A stretch of 64,000 nt of DNA from Eledone cirrhosa (lineage: Eukaryota). Below the pieces are notes generated by a model, which searched no databases, was not told the DNA's origin, and worked only from the letters and a program-made list of their open reading frames with translations. Position numbers and translations under genes: made by a program. Below are positions 1-10,399 of the stretch, one piece after another (the stretch's first letter is position 1; each line of letters begins with the position of its first letter). The DNA is taken from assembly GCA_964016885.1 (NCBI GenBank), contig OZ024748.1:25172001-25236000 (forward strand). Direction: 5' to 3'.

Positions 1-114
1 AACACTGTGTCTTTACACACTTCTTTACTTTTAGACCTGTCATTTGGTTAATTGCCTTATCAACGATAATGATCTTAACAATTATTATGTGTCACTTTCT
101 TTTACTTGTATCTC

Positions 115-147
115 TAACACACACACATATAAACATATAAACACACT

Positions 148-193
<46 letters not shown>

Positions 194-372
194 TGTATAT
201 ACACACACACACACATAAACACAGACACATACATACACCCACACACAATAAACATACACACACACACACACACACATATACATGCATACACACTCATAAA
301 CACAGACACATAAACACAAACACATACATTCACACATACACATAAACATAAGCACACGCACACATACACGTG
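115..372. repeat. Degenerate (CA)n microsatellite, representative of dozens of (CA)n, (TA)n, (GA)n, (GATA)n and (TATG)n tracts
   Basis: Direct inspection. Other long tracts include 7768-7863 (CA), 15200-15405 and 37130-37300 (GATA), 23186-23296 (TG) and 26720-26897 (TA/GA). Confidence 0.97.
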
Positions 373-399
373 CATGTATGGGTATTAGAACAACAGAAC

Positions 400-690
400 A
401 GCCTGATCAAGAAGATAAACGTGTAAGTGGCTGAGCATTCCACAGGCAAGCGTATCTTTAACATAATTCTAAGGGAGATTCAGCCTGACACACTATGTGA
501 CAAGGCTGACCTCTGTTGAATTACAGGTATGGTTCATCCGACAGGCTTCCAAACAATTTCTGTCTGCCCAGTTTCGCTCACAAGGTATGGGTAGACCCGA
601 GGCTATGGTTGTGTGACACTTGTCTAAGATGTCTTGCGGTAGGATTGAACCCAGAACCTAAAAAGCGAACGTCTTAACCATTTGACCATG
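400..690 (-). mobile_element. SINE family B-related composite
   Basis: gtaagtggctgagcattccacag...taattct.agggagattcagc.tgacac...gacaaggctg block. It is shared with 10430-10565, 19820-20015, 37310-37620 and, inverted, with 11760-11980 and 24850-25010. Confidence 0.72.
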
Positions 691-1029
691 TTGGTCCTAG
701 GTAAACAAAAGATAAAATAAGGAAGCCACCCTTGCTTGCCTTCCATCGCTTTCTGTTTGGTTTTGGTTATGTCAGAGCCATACCCACCACGCTTGGCCCA
801 TTACGGGTTGGTGAGGCTATTTAACCCATAGTTGGGGTGGATGGCAGTTGTCTCTAGGGAGATCATCCATCTTTTTAACAGCTCTTTTTTGTACTGTTGG
901 GATCCCAATTACCCTCTTCAGGATCTGGTGGGAGAGCTTGTTTAGTCCTATCAACCATGAAGCAAGTCGTACTGGGCTACATGGTACCGGTAGCAGTCAG
1001 AAGCCTGACCTGACCATTAAGTGATACTA

Positions 1030-1470
1030 CGTGGGAGAAAATATTTTGTGGTATTTGTTCCGGCTTTTTACGTTCAGAGTTCAAATCCTGTCGACGCTAA
1101 CTTTGCCTTAAATCCTTCCGGGGATCGGGAGGGGAGGGAGGGGGGGGGTCAATAAAATAGAGTACACGTAAAGTAGTGGGATCGATATAATCAACTTTTT
1201 CAAATTGTTGGTTTGCGTCTAAATCAGAAAACAGTATTAATTCGTCAAGTGCGGTGGATTGGCAGTAATGAGTAGAGCATCAGACAATATGGTTTGTGGT
1301 ATTGAGTTACGGCCCTTTGCGTTCTGACTTCAAATTACACCGAGGTTAGCTTTGTCTTTAATCCGTACGGAGTTGATGAAATAAAGTACCAGTAACGCAC
1401 TGAGGCCGAATATAATCGACTTTTCCCCTCGCACTAAAATTGTTCGTCTTGTGCCTAAATCAGAAATCAC
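1030..1470 (+). mobile_element. tRNA-derived SINE family A, two head-to-tail copies
   Basis: A-box-like head (tggcag..t..gtagagc), B-box gagttcaaatcc, central gcctttcatccttacggggtcgataaaataaagtaccagt, and tail ttgtgcctaaa.tagaaa. Confidence 0.85.
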
Positions 1471-1715
1471 CTTTTTGTTTCGTCATTTCTTTCTTCACCT
1501 CCCCTTTACCACCACCCCTAAGCCCTCTAACCCATCTTCCCCCACTTTTCCTCATCTTCTCCACCAATTCCCCATCTGCAATGAGATGATATTATGTCAC
1601 TCTAGTGAAATATCATACTGGAAGATGTAAAGATATATTCATAATTGAAATAGTTTCAGGAGTCAAATAGCAATAACTAATGAAAAAAACAATATAGTAA
1701 TAAATATATGACGCC

Positions 1716-1774
<59 letters not shown>

Positions 1775-1958
1775 CGTGTGAGTGTGTCTATGTGCCTGTG
1801 TGCGTGTGTGCGTGTGTGTCTGTGTGTGTGTGTGTGTGTGAGTGTGTGTGTGTGCCTGTGTGTCTGTGTCTGTGTCTGTGTATGTGTGTGTGTATGTGTG
1901 TGAGTGTGTGTGTGCCTGTGTGCGTGTGTGCCTGTGTGTCTGTGTCTGTGTGTGTGTG

Positions 1959-3028
1959 CAAGGGGTGACTGAAAAGTTTTGAGCCTCCAAGAAACGGTAG
2001 CAGATACAAATATTTGTTTGTTTTATTTTTCAACATAGTCTCGCTTTGAGTCGACACACTTCTTCCATCGGTGTTGAAGGGTTTGGATCCCGCTGAAGAA
2101 GAAATCCTAAGTTTGGTCCTCCGTGTAGGTGTCCACAGCATCTACGACGTCATCATCTATGACATAGTGTTGTCCGGACATATCCTTTTTGGGAACATAT
2201 GGAAGTCAGAGAGTGCGAGATCTGCCGTGTAGGGTGGATGAGGGACGAGTTGGAACACACAGTAGCAGATTGCTGCCATTGCTATCACCGAGGTGTGGGC
2301 ATGATGGAACAAAACCCCTTTCGTCAGCAATCCTTCTTGATGTTCTCATGCAGACGTTTAAGCAGCTTGGCGTAATACTGTCCGGTGATGTTGTGGCTCT
2401 TTCGGAGATAATCCACCAAAACACTCATTGTATATCCCAGAAAATGGTAGCCATGACCTTTCCTGCTGATGGTGTGACCTTGGCCTTCTTCGTGATGAGT
2501 GAGGATGGGTGCTTCCACTGCCTAGACTGCTCATTTGTTTCAGGTTGGTAGGGATGGACCCAGGTCTCATCCATGGTTACAAATTGTGTCAGAAAATATT
2601 CTGGATCAGTTTCAAAATGTTCCAAATTGTTGGAGGACATGGTGTGATGAGTGCGTTTTTGTTTCTCATTCAAAAGACGTGGAACCCAACATGCAGACAC
2701 CAATCTCAACCCAAGATCGTTCATCAGAATGTTATTGATTCGCTCCTGGGAGATGCCTAACATGTTTATTTAACAAGATGACAGTTGTCGATTCTCCATC
2801 ACCATTCCAAGGACAAGGTCAATGTTCTCTGGTGTGGTCACTGTTGATGACCTCCCAAACCTCGGGTCATCTTCCACACATTCCTTGCCATGCTTGAATT
2901 CATTGACCCAGTGTTTGACCATGGCATATGACTGAACATCTTCCCCTAATGTGTCTTGCATGTCTTTATTTCATTTATATGCCCACTTGCTTTCGGTGTC
3001 TGGCTCAAAACCTTTCAGTCGCCCCTCG
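1959..3028 (-). mobile_element. Mariner-family DNA transposon, decayed and internally deleted
   Basis: Imperfect TIRs of about 28 bp (caaggggtgactgaaaagttttgagcc / ggctcaaaacctttcagtcgcccctcg) enclose transposase fragments. Confidence 0.93.
2180..2961 (-). pseudogene. Mariner transposase pseudogene (frameshifted)
   Basis: Fragments in different frames: HTH region (EDDPRFGRSST), WVPRLL, TMDETWVH, KVMATIFWD, and HPPYTADLALSDF (the YSPDL motif). Confidence 0.92.
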
Positions 3029-3034
3029 TGTGTA

Positions 3035-3093
<59 letters not shown>

Positions 3094-3095
3094 CC

Positions 3096-3133
<38 letters not shown>

Positions 3134-3743
3134 AATACATATATATATATGTATGTGTGAATAAAATAATGTATATATACTTGAAATTCATTTAGATGCA
3201 CGTGTTTGAGTTTATGTATATACAAGAGACTATAAAACAACTATCGTGTCTTTGAATCAGTGATTCTAACCTAAATATTCCCTCCACACAGAAGTGAGAC
3301 ACTCAGTTCATTGTATTGAAAATATCTAAATAAATAAATTATTAAAACGAAAGGAAATCTTGGGTTGAGAAGACAGAATACAGAATAGTACGGAAATCAT
3401 AACTTGGTGTGTTGTGACTTTTATCATTTGAGAACATCAAATAAAATGTTTTTATAATGAATCGGCTAAGAATGTTAGTAAGTTCGGGGAGTGGGAGTCT
3501 GTGTATGTATGTGTGTGTCTACGTGTGTGTGTACGTGTGATTGTATGTCTGTATGTGTGTGTGTATTTGTGTGTGTATCAGTGTCTGCGGCTGTATGAGT
3601 GTGTGTGAGGGTGGGTGTGGTGGGTCCACGGTGCATGAACAATATATTGTATAACTTTTCAGATATCCAACTTTTGAATATGTGTATTATATGTGTACAG
3701 ACTTCAGTGTATGTATATATGAATGCATGTATGTACGTGCGTA

Positions 3744-3808
<65 letters not shown>

Positions 3809-4049
3809 GTAGCACTATGAATATGTGTATATAGTGTGTGTGTTGTGAACATGATACCTCAGGGAAATTAGTTTTATTTGAGTTCCCAGAGAAAATGAAA
3901 ATATTTCACCCATTTTTGCTATGGAACTCCCCGTGGTCGACATTAATTCTATATAGAATTGATTTTTTTCTTGGGTAAATTTCTAACAAATTATTCCCCT
4001 TTACGTCATATTCTACTGGTTTACTTCCCTGTGCACTTGGTTTCTTTTA

Positions 4050-4490
4050 GGACGGTGAATTAGTGGAATCTGTAGAGCGTCGGGCAAAATACCTTGTGCT
4101 ATTTAGTAGCATCGTTCTGGCTTACAATATCGCCGGGCTCCATTTTATCTTTCATCCTTTCGGTGTTGATAAATATGAAGTTGCAGTTAAGAACTGAGGT
4201 CGATATAATTTATTAATATACACACTCCAGAAGAAGTATGAACTGTCATAGAATTCATTATTATTGTTATTTTTAGGGTGGGGAATTAACAGTAGTCGGT
4301 AGAGCTTCGGACAACATGCTTTGTGGCACATAGTTACGCCCCTTTACGTTCTGAGTTGAAATCCTGCCGAGATTAGCTTTCCTTTTTGACTTACGGGGTC
4401 GCTAAAATAAAGTACCAGTAACGCAAAAGGGTCAATTTAATCGATTTTCCCTCCCCTTCAAATTACTGGCCTTGTGCTTTAATTAGAAAT
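4050..4490 (+). mobile_element. SINE family A, two copies
   Basis: Same head, B-box and central domain as 1030-1470. Confidence 0.82.
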
Positions 4491-4759
4491 CACCGTCAAT
4501 CTTATTGATGAATAAATAAATAAGATCGTATTTGCCATAAATATATTCCAGATATATTATTTGTAGAACTTAATGAAGAAAGCATAATGGCTGAAAAGAA
4601 GAGTTCAAAAATATGATATAAGAAAAGGAATGTCTAGTTATAAAGAAAATAGTTCTGTTCATGCTCCAAACAAAGACATAATATGAAGCAGTTTCAGCTT
4701 TGAAGAAGCAACCGGAACCGCTTGGCGTCGCGTTCCGGTTTTTACCTTCCTATACAAAG

Positions 4760-4870
<111 letters not shown>

Positions 4871-4937
4871 TATACCTTACTTCAGCTACGACTTCGATTT
4901 ATACCTTATATATATATATATATGTGTGTGTGTGTGA

Positions 4938-5122
4938 TCCCCTAGGTGAAAACCTGCATTGTTCCTGCTTCATCGAGGAAAATCTTAGATTATCCAGCCA
5001 TCAGAGTATTCGGTTTATTTTCTTTAAACATTGTCCAGGCATGCAGTTTTTCCACGATTAGGTCTGTTGGCGGCCCGCATTCCAAAATACCTTATCCCGT
5101 GCAACGCCGGGTACCACTGCTA

Positions 5123-5123
<1 letters not shown>
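4938..5123 (+). mobile_element. Non-autonomous Helitron-like element
   Basis: Begins A|TC, has a subterminal hairpin cccgtgcaacgccggg and ends CTAG|T. Confidence 0.7.
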
Positions 5124-5152
<29 letters not shown>

Positions 5153-5156
<4 letters not shown>

Positions 5157-5237
5157 TTTATAAATAACAATCAAAGAGTGTTTAAGAACAGTAACTAAAT
5201 GTTATTTAACACTCTTTGATTGTTATTTATAAAGTAT
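5153..5237. repeat. Inverted repeat with 30-bp perfect arms
   Basis: atactttataaataacaatcaaagagtgtt and its reverse complement, 25-nt spacer, abutting (TA)n. Confidence 0.9.
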
Positions 5238-5332
5238 TTCGGCTCTGTATTATTTTGTTATTTTACATTGAGCTACTCTCATACTTGTAATTGGATAATA
5301 TTTAATATTTAATATTACCCACATTTTATATA

Positions 5333-5406
<74 letters not shown>

Positions 5407-5410
5407 TATA

Positions 5411-5500
5411 CTAGACCACCCGCGACCCGTTGGGACACATTGGCTTCAAAATATTTTTTTAAAATCATGTTCACTTAAAAATAATTTTTAGATAATTAAA
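5411..5500 (-). mobile_element. Helitron-like 3' terminus fragment
   Basis: The minus strand reads cccaacgggtcgcgggtggtCTAG|T: a GC-rich segment followed by CTAG, next to (TA)n. Confidence 0.45.
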
Positions 5501-5635
5501 ATATATACAGACATGTATATATTGTGAAATGAAACTGGAAGGCCCATATATATATATATATATACGTGTGTGTATGTATATATATAAATGTGTGTGTTTG
5601 TATACATATGTATATATATGTATGTGTATATATAT

Positions 5636-6050
5636 GTAAGTGCCGTACTAAGAGTGAGAAATGAAATTTCGTTTTCATTTTATTTCAACTTATCGTTTTC
5701 GGTATGCCTGACCGACTTAGCTCACTCGATATGCAAATTAGGCTGCTCAGCCGTTAATTTTCATAAGGAAAGTATATGCTTTCGAACGTTCAACTATCTG
5801 GCAGATGGGTATACGGTGCTGATGATAGCTAACAAGCTTGAAACTAGTACATCGTTCCTGTGTCAGTGTTGAACAAAAAGGTGACGTGGTTGCCTTAACA
5901 CCGTACGGCATAAAAATTCAGGCTGTTCAGTTTGTTTACAAACGAACAAAGCGGCGTTATATATGTACGTATACACACATAATTACATTTAAGTAAGTGC
6001 CGTACTAAGAGTGAGAAATGAAATTTCGTTTTCATTTTATTTCAACTTAT
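5636..6050 (+). mobile_element. Short element with 58-bp direct terminal repeats and a hammerhead (retrozyme / Penelope pseudo-LTR-like)
   Basis: Identical direct repeats at 5636-5693 and 5993-6050 (period 357), an internal hammerhead, and TA-rich microsatellite on both sides. Confidence 0.68.
5813..5855 (+). ncRNA. Minimal type-I hammerhead ribozyme motif
   Basis: acggtg CTGATGA t-agct-aaca-agct-t GAAA ctag TA catcgt: 6-bp stem I, 4-bp stem II, palindromic stem III (actagt), GUA cleavage triplet. Confidence 0.8.
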
Positions 6051-6053
6051 ATA

Positions 6054-6173
<120 letters not shown>

Positions 6174-6214
6174 TTTTATATGAAATCGTGTGTCGAAACA
6201 GATATTGTTATACG

Positions 6215-6647
6215 TGGGGAGGGTCATATTTGTGTAATATTGCCAGAATTAATAACAGAACACACTCAGTGTTTGGTTGGTTTTCGCTTTTCGCTTCTGT
6301 GTCTTTTATATCGGTAATCTAATTTATTCGGTCCTCAATGTTGCCATTGACTGTCCAACGGTAAAAAATAATACAGATACAATATAGACACAAACACATA
6401 TATATAGTTTATCAAAGTTCTTTCGTTGCACATCTGCAACATCGTCAGTGGTGCTATAGATTCCTCAGTGTTTGTGTCTATATTGTATCTGTATTATCTT
6501 TGTCCGTTGGTCAGTCAATGGCAACATTGAGGACTGCATAAATTTGATTACCGATATAAAAGACACAGAAGCGAAAAGCGAAAACCAACCAAACAGTGAG
6601 TGTGTTCTGTTATTAATTCTGGCAATATTACACAAATATGACCCTCC

Positions 6648-6650
<3 letters not shown>
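6215..6650. repeat. Inverted repeat with 183-bp arms and a 70-bp hammerhead-containing spacer
   Basis: 6215-6397 is the reverse complement of 6468-6650 with few mismatches. Related sequence lies at 44340-44435 and 35070-35120. Confidence 0.92.
6411..6452 (-). ncRNA. Minimal hammerhead ribozyme motif
   Basis: acca CTGACGA t-gttgca-gatg-tgcaac GAAA gaac TT tgat. Stem II is a perfect 6 bp; stem I has one mismatch. Confidence 0.65.
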
Positions 6651-6739
<89 letters not shown>

Positions 6740-6774
6740 AAGTTATAGTTCACTTGAAGCATTGTGTAATGAGG

Positions 6775-7060
6775 TATAAACGTTTGAATTTGTAAAGCCA
6801 AACACTGCAGGTATGGACATAGAATAAAAATGCAAATGCAAAAGATATTGTTGACAATTAGTCTTTTACCTTAGATTTATTTAAATGTCCTTAATTTTCG
6901 AGATAATATCTCTTCTTCGGAGGGCAGAAGAGATATTATCTCGAAAATTAAGGACATTTAAATAAATCTAAGGTAAAAGACTAATTGTCAACAATATCTT
7001 TTGCATTTGCATTTTTATTCTATGTCCATACCTGCATTGTTTGGCTTTACAAATTCAAAC

Positions 7061-7067
<7 letters not shown>
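6775..7067. repeat. Near-perfect palindrome with 142-bp arms and a 9-bp spacer
   Basis: 6775-6916 versus 6926-7067, one mismatch seen. Lies between two (TA)n tracts. Confidence 0.95.
6889..6923 (-). ncRNA. Hammerhead-like motif (U4->C) at the centre of a palindrome
   Basis: cct CCGAAGA a-gagat-att-atctc GAAA at TA agg. Confidence 0.55.
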
Positions 7068-7139
<72 letters not shown>

Positions 7140-7272
7140 AAAAGAGAAGTGAGGTTCTATACAAAACAGTGGGTATAGAGAAAAGATGAAGTTGGAAATA
7201 GCACGGGAGATATGTTTAAGGGTCTGTTTTTCTTTTTGGATTCGTCAAAGTGACATTATTGAAAATATAACA

Positions 7273-7326
<54 letters not shown>

Positions 7327-7369
7327 GTGTCTGTGATCTATATACACTGGTCATAGACACATACACACT

Positions 7370-7430
<61 letters not shown>

Positions 7431-7561
7431 ACAACTACACCGTCTCTCTCTCTCTCTCTCTCTTCCATTCTCCTTCTCTGTCTCCTTCTCTCTCCCTCTC
7501 TATGTCTCTCTCTCAATTTACTCTCTCACAACCACGATCGCTTTCTCTCTATCCTTCTCTC

Positions 7562-7763
7562 TCTCTATTTATGAAGGTACCCGGAAAAACCCCGTATCTC
7601 GGGAACCGGTGGTCCGACTTACGCGAAACTTGTTTTATTCCATTTGTATTCCCATTTCAGGGTCAACTTCCTTTCAAAGTATTTTCCCATTATGCACCCT
7701 TTTGGGTGTATTACATTACAGACAAGCAAGCAAGCAATCACAGACTTTTAGTAATATATAGAT
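7562..7763. mobile_element. Helentron/HINE-like non-autonomous element
   Basis: Short GC-richer island with an internal (CAAG)n stretch and a terminal gactttt-agtaatatatagat. Family assigned by resemblance only. Confidence 0.4.
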
Positions 7764-7765
7764 AT

Positions 7766-7866
<101 letters not shown>

Positions 7867-8554
7867 GATTCACCAAACAATCGTCTCTAGTTTAATATTG
7901 AGGTTTACGTCATGGCGATTATATCTGCTTGTAAATATGTGTTCTAATGAATAAATCTATATGTGTGTGTGTCGGTGGTAGTGCAGATATTCGTGTATGT
8001 GTGTATGAGAGAAAGTGAGAGAAGGGGGCACTATTCGTGTGTATCCGTGAGGAAAATCTATTAATTCAATACAGTAACAACAGACTAAGACATAAAAAGA
8101 ATGACAATATGTTCTGAACAAAATACGAAAATTGCTTTAGTAAATAGAGCAAGCTTGAAAATATTTCATGGTTTTTAGATCAAAGAATGTTTTGGAATAA
8201 TATTGCCATTATATTTTTCTTATAATAATTACAGTTTGTTTTTTGTTGTTGGTTTTGGTTTCTTTTATTTCTTTTTTTTTTTTCTGCAACAAAAAAAAGG
8301 AAAACCCTGATGGTGCCGAAGAACTGCAGTATGTGGCAATCGAAATAAATACTCTTTGTTTGAAGTCCATGCCATAACAAATTTCAGGAAATATATAGAA
8401 AGAAATGTGTACGATTTGTACATACCTGTCTGTGGAATGTATTGGGAGAGACAGAAGCATAACTTGCTAATGTTGTAATATATTTGAATCAATTGGGTTG
8501 GGCATATGTAAAAGTATAAAATTGCTGACATATTACTGGCTGGTTAGGGTGGTA

Positions 8555-9075
8555 GATTAGCAGAATTAGTGAAACGGTGGAAAAATAGCGGTATGTGGCC
8601 AGAATTAGTAAAGTGGGGGCAAAATGGCAGTAGGTGGCAGATTTAGTAAAGTGGTGGGGAAATGGCAGTAGGTGGGCAGAATTAGTAATGCTGTGGACAA
8701 AATGACAGTAGATGGGCAGAATTAGTAAAATGGTGGGGGAAAATGTCTGTCCCACGCCCAGAGGCTTATCAAGCTGATATTTGGCCCAGTTTCATTAGCG
8801 TTAAGCGACTGAGAATACAAGACTCCACCACTGGAGAGAATGCTAGTCCATCGCAGGGTTAACCTCCAGCTACTGCTGGTGGTAATCGTTTTCAGCTGAG
8901 CTGACTGGAGCAATGTGAAATTAAGTGTTTTGCTTAAGAACACAATGCACCACACGGACCAAAAATCTAAAATTAGTCCACGCGCCTTCACAATGGCGTT
9001 TGATGGGCAGAATTGGTATATACATGGGTAAAACGGTAGTAGGCGGGCAGAATTGATACAGCGGTGGGTAAAATA
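8555..9075. repeat. Degenerate tandem repeat of about 39 bp, interrupted by a SINE fragment
   Basis: gcagaattagtaaagtggtggggaaatggcagtaggtgg-like units at 8555-8745 and 9000-9075. Confidence 0.75.
8760..8988 (-). mobile_element. CORE-like SINE fragment
   Basis: gactgagaatacaagact...agtccatcgcagggttaa...cagctgagctgactggagcaatgtgaaattaagtgttttgc. Confidence 0.75.
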
Positions 9076-10104
9076 TCTTGCGTTATTTAGTTATATTGCT
9101 CTACCTTCCAGGGTCCACTTTGCCTTTCCCTCCTTCCGGGGCCGATAAAATTAATACCAGCCAAATACCGGGGGCAATTCTTTCTGTATCTCTCTTTATC
9201 TGGCTATCCTTCCCTTTCTTTCTTTCGCTCAAAGAAATCGGCATCTGTTCGACTTGGAGAGGGATAGGTTCCGCCTCGGTTAAAATGATGTGTGTTAGAA
9301 CGGCGTCCCTATGATTCCATTATGAGTTAGGGGCGCTTTACCATTACCTTTACTCATTTGATCAGTCACGTTAGGGTTAAATATACCGATCTAACGACGT
9401 AACATTAACGAGTTTGAAACCATCACAAAAATAGTTCCAGGTCTGATTCCTTGCCTTTTAAAAATAGCAAGAGACATTCGAACATCCCAAGATACCAATT
9501 CTTGCTGATACTTCAAGGCACCTGATGCCATTTGTAAGATGATGCTTTTACGCAAATAGAACAATAACATTTTCTTTATTTATTTAATTTGCTACTGTTG
9601 CTGTTTTCCAAACAAGATTTCATGAAATATGTAACTAATTTAAATTCCATTCTGTTTAAAACTAATACTAATAAACCGACATTTCACATTGCATTCCTAA
9701 TGCTGGTGGCTAGCCTTGCACTGAGAAACATTAACCCACTTCTGACCAAAATTAGCAGGCTGTCTGGCAACAGCAATAAGAAACATAAAGATTTGAGAAA
9801 TACAACGCAATAAATAACCATTAGTCTTTCACTTTGAAAAATATAACAAGAAACTCTTTTGAGAATTCCACAACCTACACGTTGTGTTATTTCTTCTAAG
9901 ATCTTCCCAAAATAGATAAACAAAATTAAACTGTTTGAGCCTAAAACCAAACACCGGGATATCTTCTGCTCTTTATGATCTGAACAAAGAACGTAAAGAG
10001 AGGCAATTAAATAAGAGCGGTTCGGTCGTATATCATCCCTGGAAGATATTGAGAGAGATGTTGTGTTTGGACATCAGTCATTTCCGACAACAATTGCCCT
10101 AGTT

Positions 10105-10399
10105 CAGAGATTCTCAAAATGGGCGCTGCCGCCCCTTGGGGTGTTGAGAAAGTCCAGGAGGCGCTGAGATATAAGGTGGCGCTGGGCGAGCGGTAGAGAT
10201 GATATAATAGTATATTAAATATCAAATGATACATATTATATATAAATATAGTAAAATAAAAAATATATAATATTTATTTATACATAGTATATATTATATT
10301 ATTTATTATATATAAATTCATGATTTTGCGTGTAGGCAGGTCTATCTGGGAATAGGAGTGGGGGCGCTGAGTAGGGTGCAAAATGTTTGAGAACCTCTG
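10105..10399. mobile_element. hAT (Charlie-like) MITE
   Basis: TIRs cagagattctcaaa / tttgagaacctctg, with an imperfect 8-bp TSD (ccctagtt / ctctagtg). Confidence 0.8.

Noticed and set aside
44-1990. HT/VC/YI/ER-rich ORFs here and throughout the window (e.g. 45299-46498)
   Set aside because: They are translations of dinucleotide microsatellites.
9675-9775. Possible minus-strand internal exon after ttgctgttgccag
   Set aside because: All three frames hit a stop before the candidate donor.
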